64,000 bases of DNA from Candidatus Aenigmatarchaeota archaeon (lineage in GTDB: Archaea > Aenigmatarchaeota > Aenigmatarchaeia > CG10238-14), in contig JAHLMN010000009.1 in assembly GCA_018920345.1 (NCBI GenBank), forward strand, positions 23,420-87,419, in the 5' to 3' direction. Made by a program: the position numbers and the translations under genes. Below are positions 56,444-64,000 of this stretch, piece by piece. The first letter of the stretch is position 1, and each line of letters opens with the position of its first letter. Under the pieces are notes generated by a model. That model made no database searches. It was not told the DNA's origin and was given only the letters and a program-made list of their open reading frames with translations.

Positions 56444-57733
56444 TTATTTCCATTTTATTTTCAAAAAATGACTTGCACAGCTCATACAGGGATCATATGC
56501 CCTTATTAGCTTTTCGATTTCATGTTGTATCTCATGTTTATCTTTATCTAAAATTTGTTCAACCAAAATTTTTATATCATTTTCCATTTTTATTTGATTT
56601 TGTGCTGTAGGAATGACGAAATTACCATATCTTATTTTTCCATCACTAGTTAAATCAATCATATGATAAAGTGTTCCTCTTGGGGCTTCAACAACACCAA
56701 TGCCTTTTCCTCCTTTAATTTTTATTTCTGGTCTTGGCTCATCTTTGAAATCACTAGTTTCTAAAATTTCAATGGAATGATCAATGGAATGTAATATCTC
56801 TATGGCTTGAGCTAAATTATTGTGATAAACATTATATGATGGAAAAACATCCAAATATTTTTTTGCATCCTTTTTCGTTTCTTTATGTAAAGCATCTTTA
56901 TTTAAAGTTAGCCTAGCTGAAGCACCAACCATATATTCTTTACCCTCAAATTTAAACCCTGTGGCTTGTGAATATGGGATAACAACTCTATTCAAATAAT
57001 CCCAATAATCCTCTTCTTCTATTTCTATGCCATCACTACTTTTTATTTTACCTTCTAAAAAACTAAAATCGTTTGTGCATAAAGCCACAAAATTTGTTTT
57101 TCTTTCAAATTTAAAATCACAATTGTATAAAATTTCTAATAGATCAAATACCTTTTCTCTTACTTGTTTCAATTCTGCTATCATCTTATTAATATCTTCT
57201 TTTTTTGGCAAATTTGAAAAATAACCTATTTGTTCATATGTAGCATGGACAGCTCTACCTGCTATTAATTTAGATAAATTATTACCTGCTCCTTTCACTG
57301 CAAAAGCATGTTCAACCCATTTACTTAAAGAATTATCAAATTCAAGAATAGAGTCTTTGTTAAATATATCTGGTAATACAAAAAAATACAAATGCATAGC
57401 ATGATCTCTTATCATCATTCCATACATTGTTAGCTTTCTCAATAGCATTGTTTGCTCTGAAGGTTGAATCCCTAATGCCTTTTCAACAGCCTCTGTACTG
57501 CATGTTAAATGAGCAATACTACAAGTACCACAAATTCTTGAAACAAGTTGAGGAACACCATTAAAAATTTTATTTCTTATAGCTTGTGTATAAAATCTTT
57601 TGTTTTCACTTATTTTTAACTTTACATCTTCTACTTTTCCATTTCTAACTTTTATTTCTAAATCAGCATGACCTTCTGTTTTGCTTATATGCTCTATATT
57701 TATATCAAAATCTTTATGCATTAACAACACCAA
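56444..57733 (-). CDS. [NiFe]-hydrogenase large subunit
   Basis: N-terminal EGH and RICGTCS (L1) and C-terminal DPCMSCASH (L2) Ni-Fe ligand motifs. 429 aa. Confidence 0.85.
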   Translation of the reverse strand: MVLLMHKDFDINIEHISKTEGHADLEIKVRNGKVEDVKLKISENKRFYTQAIRNKIFNGVPQLVSRICGTCSIAHLTCSTEAVEKALGIQPSEQTMLLRKLTMYGMMIRDHAMHLYFFVLPDIFNKDSILEFDNSLSKWVEHAFAVKGAGNNLSKLIAGRAVHATYEQIGYFSNLPKKEDINKMIAELKQVREKVFDLLEILYNCDFKFERKTNFVALCTNDFSFLEGKIKSSDGIEIEEEDYWDYLNRVVIPYSQATGFKFEGKEYMVGASARLTLNKDALHKETKKDAKKYLDVFPSYNVYHNNLAQAIEILHSIDHSIEILETSDFKDEPRPEIKIKGGKGIGVVEAPRGTLYHMIDLTSDGKIRYGNFVIPTAQNQIKMENDIKILVEQILDKDKHEIQHEIEKLIRAYDPCMSCASHFLKIKWK

Positions 57734-58196
57734 ACTCTTTCAAGTATTGCTCTAATTTTTTTAAAAACAATTCTTCACTCATAGGACAACCTGAAACAAA
57801 ATCATCAACCTTAACTATTTCTGATAAAGGTGACACTTTATCTCTGTGGCCAAATCTATCTAGTATTAGCTGAATTTCTTCTTTTGTTTCACTATCAAAA
57901 AAATTTCTTTGATTAGAAGGACTTCCGGTACAAGCGCAGCTTCCTATAGCTACTAGTTTTTTACAATTTTTTCTTATCTCTTTCAACATTTCTTCCTCTT
58001 TGTAATTTGCTATTGCACCCTCAACAAAAGCAATATCCAAATCAGTCATATCATTGTTGTTCTTCAAAGTTCTGAAATATTTAAAATCTATTAGATTTAT
58101 CCAATCTTTATAATGTTCATTCATTAACTCCAGAAAAACTATTGTTGAATCTTCGCAACAAGTAAAAGAAAACCATCCTATTTTTAGTTTCTTCAT
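57714..58196 (-). CDS. [NiFe]-hydrogenase small subunit, minimal (proximal cluster only)
   Basis: FTCCEDS, GSCACTGSP and SGCPMS give a four-Cys proximal [4Fe-4S] site. 160 aa, no ferredoxin-like C-terminal domain. Confidence 0.7.
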   Translation of the reverse strand: MKKLKIGWFSFTCCEDSTIVFLELMNEHYKDWINLIDFKYFRTLKNNNDMTDLDIAFVEGAIANYKEEEMLKEIRKNCKKLVAIGSCACTGSPSNQRNFFDSETKEEIQLILDRFGHRDKVSPLSEIVKVDDFVSGCPMSEELFLKKLEQYLKEFGVVNA

Positions 58197-58228
58197 GAGG
58201 TATATTAAGTTTTTTCAATTAAAATAAT

Positions 58229-59155
58229 TTATAGCCAATTCTTTCTTTTGAAAAACATGTATAGAAACCAGAAACTAGCTAGAGATGTTATCAATATATA
58301 CCAGAAAGCATTTGGATCATTTTGGAAAGGTAGCTCTACGTTCATCCCATAGAATGAGGCTATCAAAACTGAAAAAGATAATATTATACTAACAGATGTT
58401 AAAAACTTCATAACAATGTTTAAATTATTGGAGACTATAGATGCATAAGCATCTAAAGTATTGCTTAAAACATCTCTCATTATTTTTATACCCTCATATA
58501 TTTCTCTGTTTGATAAAACTATATCTTCTATTATATCCTTATCTTCTTCATACATTTTGAATATTTTTCCAGAATTTATTTTTTCAAAAACTATTTCATT
58601 TGCAACTATAGCACTACTAAAATAAATCAAAGTTTTTTGTATTTGCAATAGTTGATAAATTTCGCTGTTGGATAAAGAAATAGATACTTGATTCTCTATC
58701 ATTTCAGATTTTTTTCTTAAATAATCTAAATATTTGTCAAAATTTCTATTAATTCTTTCAAATATTCTCAAAACAAACCTTATTCTTTGAGTTGTATTTA
58801 CTTTAAACTTTTCATTTTTTATATCTTCTATAATTTGATTTTGTGTCAAAGAAATTGTCATCAAAAAATTTTTTGAAATTATTATTCCAAATGGCATTGT
58901 TTTTATTTCATCATCTTCATCTTTATAAGGAATTCTTGTTATTATCAAAACATTACCATTATCTTGCTCTATTCTTGACTTTGAATCTATATCTAAACTA
59001 TCATTTATCCATGTTATGTCTATTTCAAAATCCTTTGATAGTTTATCTATTTCTTCTTTTTCAGGTGATTCTACGTTTATCCAACAACCTTCTCTAAATG
59101 AATCTATCTTTTGCAACCTTTCATCTTTAACTGTCTTTATGTAGAACTCGATCAT
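58229..59155 (-). CDS. corA: CorA-family Mg2+/Co2+ transporter
   Basis: C-terminal two TM helices with the YGMNVELPF (GMN) motif. Confidence 0.75.
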   Translation of the reverse strand: MIEFYIKTVKDERLQKIDSFREGCWINVESPEKEEIDKLSKDFEIDITWINDSLDIDSKSRIEQDNGNVLIITRIPYKDEDDEIKTMPFGIIISKNFLMTISLTQNQIIEDIKNEKFKVNTTQRIRFVLRIFERINRNFDKYLDYLRKKSEMIENQVSISLSNSEIYQLLQIQKTLIYFSSAIVANEIVFEKINSGKIFKMYEEDKDIIEDIVLSNREIYEGIKIMRDVLSNTLDAYASIVSNNLNIVMKFLTSVSIILSFSVLIASFYGMNVELPFQNDPNAFWYILITSLASFWFLYMFFKRKNWL

Positions 59156-59180
59156 ACAAAGTAATTATTCAATATTTTTG

Positions 59181-59567
59181 TTAATAAAGATTACTTTTTT
59201 CAATAAAAACTCTATAAAGCTCTTCAACTGTTTTTCTATTTATCTTTTTAATAGAATGATTATGTGGTATCAATCCGCCACCAAAACTCTTTGGTATATG
59301 CATTAATTCATGTATCAATGTCTTATCTTTTTCATCTTCTGTTAACTTATCATATCTACTTGCTATAACTTCAATAACATAATAAGCTCTACAATCTAAA
59401 GCAGCTTGAAATATTTTTGGCATTCCCCAAATTCTTGCTATTGCTCTTGATTTTGAACCAAAACTTCTTATACAAACAACTCTATCTAAATCAATATATT
59501 CTTTTTTAAGCGCTTTTACTATTCTTTTGAGTCTTTCTTCGACATCCGGAGCTTTAACATATTTCAT
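59181..59567 (-). CDS. HExxH zinc metallopeptidase-like protein (SprT/DUF45-like)
   Basis: HELMH motif with downstream His (HNHS). 128 aa. Confidence 0.4.
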   Translation of the reverse strand: MKYVKAPDVEERLKRIVKALKKEYIDLDRVVCIRSFGSKSRAIARIWGMPKIFQAALDCRAYYVIEVIASRYDKLTEDEKDKTLIHELMHIPKSFGGGLIPHNHSIKKINRKTVEELYRVFIEKSNLY

Positions 59568-59701
59568 ATCATTATTTTGTTTTATTGAAAAATAAAAGAG
59601 TGAATGTTATAGACAACTATAACATTTTTATAAAATTTTATATAAAAAAACAGTTTAGACCGTTTTGACTTAAATCTGTTAAAATTTATATAACTAAAAT
59701 T

Positions 59702-59971
59702 ATGAAAAGAGTCCATGCATATGTTTCAGGGAGAGTTCAAGGCGTAAATTTTAGATGGAATACAAAAATAGTAGCAGATAAACTTGGTATAAAAGGTTGG
59801 GTTAAAAATCTTAAAGACGGAAGAGTAGAAATAATAGCAGAAGGCGAAGATGAAAATATTAAAACTTTCCTTAAATACATTAGAAAAGGTCCTATATTAG
59901 CAAAAGTTGATAAAGTTGAAATAAAAGAAGAAGTTTTTAAAAACGAATTCAAAGAATTCTCAATTATTTGA
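59702..59971 (+). CDS. acyP: Acylphosphatase
   Basis: VSGRVQGVNFRW and GWVKNLKDGRVEI signatures. Confidence 0.8.
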   Translation: MKRVHAYVSGRVQGVNFRWNTKIVADKLGIKGWVKNLKDGRVEIIAEGEDENIKTFLKYIRKGPILAKVDKVEIKEEVFKNEFKEFSII

Positions 59972-61307
59972 ATGGATTGTATCTTTGATTTATTTCAGAA
60001 AAGAAAACTAAACCATTTCCAAAATAAACAACACTATATCTATTTGCTTCTAAAATTTTTTTTAAATCTTGATCTGATGCAACTCTTGTATACGAAGATA
60101 AATAAACAGAAGATAAATTTAATTCATTACCTACAACTGAAAATGGTTCTAATTCAGTTCTTTTACCATTTGAAGATATGTTTGAGCTATAACCTATAAC
60201 TGCAGCTGTGATGTTAGAGTCAAAAACACCGCTAGAATCCAACAAAACAGTTGGAAATAAATCACCGTTGTTTTCTATTCCTTTAATGTTAGCTCCTTGT
60301 AGTTTTACGTTATGTCCTATTACTGCATTCTCGATTTGTGTTTGTTGTTCTCCATAAAATGCTGGATTTGAACCTATTATGACAAAACCGTCTAGTTTTA
60401 ATCTTCTTTCCCTTACAGCATCCTTTACTTGTTCAATAGAATCTCTATGAACTAAGATGCCTTGACCTAATCTTACATAACCACTATAGTCAAACCAAGG
60501 ATATCTACCTAAAAGAACATCCCCATTTGTCTTCAAATATGACTCTACTGTCCCAAAATCAACCCAATTTGAAATTTCTCCATATTTATCGTTTGGTGCA
60601 CCATAAGCATAAACAGAAGCTTTATTTAATAAATATGGGATTATGCTACCACCTATATCAGAGAGTTCTAGTGATTTTCCTCTTAGCACATCAAAAACAG
60701 TAGGAGAGAAGAGAACTATTCCTGTATTAATATAATTTGATGCTGGCTCGGGAGATTTTTCTCTAAATTCTAAAACTTTACCTGTTTGGTCAAATTTTAA
60801 TGTGCCAAACTGAGATATTGTACTTTCATTATTCAATTCAGTAACTCCAATTGTAACTTGAGATTTTTTGTCTCTATGATACTTTAACATATCTTCAAGA
60901 GAAAAATTAGCTAAATTGTCTACATTTATTGCTAAAACATCTCTATTTCCTATTTTTTCTTTATATCTTTCTAAAAAATTAATAAAGCCTTCTCCGCTTC
61001 CTCTTGTTAAAGTTCTTTCACTATATTTTTTTCTTGGATCAAAAAAGTGAACATATTCCACTCTAGCGCCATTACCAATAGTTTTGCCATCTCTTAACTC
61101 TAATGGTATGAATATATTGTTGGTAAGGCCTTGAGTAAGAATAAATATTTCTAAATTTGGTACTTGAGATGATAATGCTCTTAAGGATAAAAGCAATGGT
61201 GTTTTGTTGCCTATATCTATCCAAGCTTTAGTAAATTGAATAGTCAAAGGATAAAGTCTAGTTGATTGACCTCCGGCACTAACATAAACAACGAAATCAT
61301 TATACAT
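59964..61307 (-). CDS. Sugar-phosphate nucleotidyltransferase with C-terminal left-handed beta-helix domain
   Basis: SAGGQSTRLYPLT NTP-transferase motif. Hexapeptide-repeat C-terminal half. Confidence 0.6.
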   Translation of the reverse strand: MYNDFVVYVSAGGQSTRLYPLTIQFTKAWIDIGNKTPLLLSLRALSSQVPNLEIFILTQGLTNNIFIPLELRDGKTIGNGARVEYVHFFDPRKKYSERTLTRGSGEGFINFLERYKEKIGNRDVLAINVDNLANFSLEDMLKYHRDKKSQVTIGVTELNNESTISQFGTLKFDQTGKVLEFREKSPEPASNYINTGIVLFSPTVFDVLRGKSLELSDIGGSIIPYLLNKASVYAYGAPNDKYGEISNWVDFGTVESYLKTNGDVLLGRYPWFDYSGYVRLGQGILVHRDSIEQVKDAVRERRLKLDGFVIIGSNPAFYGEQQTQIENAVIGHNVKLQGANIKGIENNGDLFPTVLLDSSGVFDSNITAAVIGYSSNISSNGKRTELEPFSVVGNELNLSSVYLSSYTRVASDQDLKKILEANRYSVVYFGNGLVFFSEINQRYNPFK

Positions 61308-61365
61308 AAAATCAACTCGAATATAAAGAATGCTAAATTATTTAAAATTATGTTTTTTTGAAAAC

Positions 61366-62253
61366 TCATTTTGTTGTTATTATAGGCTTGTCTTTAACAA
61401 TTATTGTTTCTTCTGTTTGTGCAACTAAACCTCTTCCCTTTTCTCTTAAAGGAGGATATTCATGAAGTACACCACGCTCAACCATTTCTCTCAAAGCCAT
61501 ATGAAGCTTGACAGGGGATGTTAGATCTTTCAACCATCTTTTAGCAAAAGGTAAAGTTTTGTATTGATCAACAATCTTATTCAAAATTATTTTTGATTCG
61601 TTAAGCCTCAAAGCATTAGGTCGAACAAACATATATATAAATGTTGGTGATGATTCAATGACAAAACCTTCTCCATTTGTAGTGAAGACTTCCATTGCTA
61701 TTACATCCCCTTCTTTAAATTGATGCTTGCTGTTTATGTGCATGTTAGGTATTGATAAACCACCGTGCTGCACATATTGCTCAAGCGAGTGACCAGCCAA
61801 ATTTTTTACTGTTTTTACTCCATAGCTTTGCACAACTTCTTCAACTATTTTTGTCATCTCATCTATTGTCTTGCCAGGAGCAATATTGTCTATAAACTCT
61901 TGTAAAGCATCTTCGCTTGCTTTTATTAAAACATTGTTTTTTTCTCCAAGCTTTACAGAAAATGCTGTATCAGCTATGTATCCATCTACTTGTACTCCAA
62001 GATCAATTTTAACTAAATCGCCTTCTTTGAAAACAGAATCATCATTTATATCTGGAGTACAGTGAGCGGCAAAATCATTTATAGAAATGTTTATTGGAAA
62101 GGCCAAACCAGCTTCTTTTTTAATGAAACCTTCTATCTTTTCAGCAAAATCTATTAGCTTAACTCCGGCTTTCAATTCTTGCCTTGCTAACTCCTTTGCC
62201 TTTTTAGCAACCTCTCCAGCTTTTATGTATTTTTCTTCTATAGCCTTATCCAT
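61366..62253 (-). CDS. map: Methionine aminopeptidase, type 2 (archaeal)
   Basis: Pita-bread fold with His/Asp/Glu metal ligands (DLVKIDLGVQVDGYIAD, GHSL, E-rich C-terminus). 295 aa. Confidence 0.85.
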   Translation of the reverse strand: MDKAIEEKYIKAGEVAKKAKELARQELKAGVKLIDFAEKIEGFIKKEAGLAFPINISINDFAAHCTPDINDDSVFKEGDLVKIDLGVQVDGYIADTAFSVKLGEKNNVLIKASEDALQEFIDNIAPGKTIDEMTKIVEEVVQSYGVKTVKNLAGHSLEQYVQHGGLSIPNMHINSKHQFKEGDVIAMEVFTTNGEGFVIESSPTFIYMFVRPNALRLNESKIILNKIVDQYKTLPFAKRWLKDLTSPVKLHMALREMVERGVLHEYPPLREKGRGLVAQTEETIIVKDKPIITTK

Positions 62254-62287
62254 GAAAACACTAATTGTTTTAGAAAGTTAAAATATT

Positions 62288-62593
62288 TTATTTTTTTGAA
62301 ACTTTTTCTTCTTTCATTATCTTTTTGGCTATTATAAAAACGATTAAAGCGATTATCACAAAATTCAAAACAGCTGATAGAAAAGAGCCGTATTTTATTG
62401 CTATTGTCCCTATATTAAAAGTAGCTTCTTTCCATTGGCCTTGTGGAATAAAAAATGTTAATATTGGCATCAATATATCATTTACTAGAGATTGCACGAG
62501 TGATGTTAATGCAGAACCTATGATAAAAGCTATTGCTAGAGCTAAAACTTTGTACTCTTTTAGAAAATCTGAAAATTCTTTTAAAAACCTCAT
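62288..62593 (-). CDS. mscL: Large-conductance mechanosensitive channel MscL
   Basis: MRFLKEFSDFL...LALAIAFIIGSALTSLVQSLVNDILMP is the MscL N-terminal and TM1 consensus. Confidence 0.8.
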   Translation of the reverse strand: MRFLKEFSDFLKEYKVLALAIAFIIGSALTSLVQSLVNDILMPILTFFIPQGQWKEATFNIGTIAIKYGSFLSAVLNFVIIALIVFIIAKKIMKEEKVSKK

Positions 62594-62625
62594 TAGATTA
62601 ATTATAGAATAATGTTATTTTAAAA

Positions 62626-64000
62626 CTATTTCTTAAACCAAGAATGCAAACTATCTTGTTTAGCTAATGATAAATCCTCTTTTACATCAAATGCTTGCAA
62701 AACTCTTAATGCAGCTGGAAGAATTTGATTGTTAATATAGTATTCAGGATCATAACCTCCTTTGTATAGCTCCACAGGCTCTGCTCTGTCAGATATGCTT
62801 CCTTTACCTTTGACAACTATATACTCTATAATCATACCTTCTGTTATTTGCATACCCGCTTGCTTAAGTTTCATAGCAGCTTTGACATGCGGTCCTATCT
62901 GCTTATAGCTTGTCAAGGAAGATGTCAACTGCGTTCTAATAATTAGCTCATTTACCTTTGCCTTTCCACTTTTGACTTTTTCTATTTCTTCCTTTGCATA
63001 CTTTATTGCTTTGTTTAAATCTTTCTCAACCAAAATTATTCTCAAAACTTCATGCTGCACTTTTTTAGCTAGATCACACCAATCTCTTCTTACTGTTTCA
63101 AAACCTCTTATCTCTAAATTGCCGTCTTCAGCTAATAACGCATATCTTTTTTTAGCGCCTTTCTCATCAGCTTTCCTAGCAACAAACAAACCAACAGGAT
63201 AAAAATCTCTATATTCTAATTCTATTATACCTGGCAGCTTTTCGTTTATCTCATCATGCCATTTTATTGCTGTTTGAGCTGACTTTCTGTCTTTCGCCTT
63301 AATGAAACAAGAATCTGTGTCAGCATATATTATCTCAAATCCTTTTGTCTTAGCATCTTCTATTACTTTTGTAATATAATATCTTCCAAATGCAGCACAA
63401 GCCTCTGCACATTCTCTACAAAACCATCTTGAGCCTGAATAACCCAAATAGCCATACATAGCATTAGCAATTATCTTAAGTGAATACTGATAATTTTTCA
63501 GTAATACATTTTTTGATTTTTTTAATTCTTCTTTTACCTTTCTTCTTTCATAAATTATTTCTTCCAAATGTTTTGGTATAAAACCTTTTTGTTGCAAACA
63601 AAAATAATTTTTACCGTTAGGCACAGAATTTTTTAGTCTACATTCTGTATGACCACAATTCAATGTTTCTGGTGAAATGTTATGAGTAACGATAATAGTG
63701 GGATATAGGCTTTGAAAATCAAAGACAAGTATATTTTCATGTAAACCTGTTTTTGGCTCTATTACTATTGCTCCAGTATAAGCTGGTAGCTGTCTTCTGC
63801 TCTCTATTTCATCATATTTAGGCATATTAGGTATTATTCTATTATCTTGAGCTGATTTTCTCATCAAAAAATGCTCGACTAATTGAGAGTAATAATAGCG
63901 AGAAGCATCAAAAGGTAAAGACATTGTTAAACGAGATAAAGAAAATATTTGTGGTAGCAATTCTTCAGCTAGAGCTAAAGTTAATTCAGCATCTCTTAAG
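62626..64000 (-). CDS. polB: Family B DNA polymerase, C-terminal part (gene continues beyond window end)
   Basis: Motif A DFQSLYPTII, motif B-like region and motif C YADTDS. The reading frame stays open upstream of the listed Met to position 64000. Confidence 0.85.
   Translation of the reverse strand, partial: LRDAELTLALAEELLPQIFSLSRLTMSLPFDASRYYYSQLVEHFLMRKSAQDNRIIPNMPKYDEIESRRQLPAYTGAIVIEPKTGLHENILVFDFQSLYPTIIVTHNISPETLNCGHTECRLKNSVPNGKNYFCLQQKGFIPKHLEEIIYERRKVKEELKKSKNVLLKNYQYSLKIIANAMYGYLGYSGSRWFCRECAEACAAFGRYYITKVIEDAKTKGFEIIYADTDSCFIKAKDRKSAQTAIKWHDEINEKLPGIIELEYRDFYPVGLFVARKADEKGAKKRYALLAEDGNLEIRGFETVRRDWCDLAKKVQHEVLRIILVEKDLNKAIKYAKEEIEKVKSGKAKVNELIIRTQLTSSLTSYKQIGPHVKAAMKLKQAGMQITEGMIIEYIVVKGKGSISDRAEPVELYKGGYDPEYYINNQILPAALRVLQAFDVKEDLSLAKQDSLHSWFKK

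Noticed and set aside
59702-59971. Acylphosphatase next to the hydrogenase genes, considered as a HypF fragment
   Set aside because: It is only 89 aa with no zinc-finger, YrdC or Kae1-like HypF domains. Stand-alone acylphosphatases are common.

Overview
AT-rich, densely packed archaeal chromosome segment. The archaeal-type informational genes (SecY, L34e, aIF5A, histone, aIF2-alpha, exosome Rrp4/41/42, proteasome alpha, RNase P proteins, TBP, MCM, FEN-1, RNase HII, family-B DNA polymerase, L7Ae, S28e, L24e, P0/P1 stalk) together with a low-GC, reduced-looking proteome suggest a small-genome (DPANN-like) archaeon. The lineage cannot be assigned from sequence alone.

RNA genes:
- A GC-rich island at about 50039-50316 is an SRP (7S) RNA.
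- There are eight tRNA genes. Four carry long inserts best explained as introns, and for two of them the insert appears to sit at a non-canonical position.

The most unusual content:
1. A divergent winged-helix gene followed by a tandem array of four paralogous multi-pass membrane proteins of an unrecognised family (15.2-20.6 kb).
2. A locus of three consecutive class-III-signal (type IV pilin-like) proteins, a LamG-domain protein and a novel TDAH-repeat secreted protein (36.9-40.5 kb).
3. Two tandem Cys-rich secreted proteins with Thr/Pro linkers.
4. A start-codon-less ORF plus an HNH endonuclease wedged between GAPDH and a tRNA cluster.
5. A PIF1/RecD-like helicase with a WYL-like C-terminus.
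6. A minimal two-subunit [NiFe]-hydrogenase with a putative maturation protease.
7. A GTPase / DUF2073-like / zinc-ribbon triplet after MCM.
8. A small protein carrying a ribosomal P-stalk-like C-terminal tail.

All calls rest on reading motifs in the supplied translations. No database search was possible.
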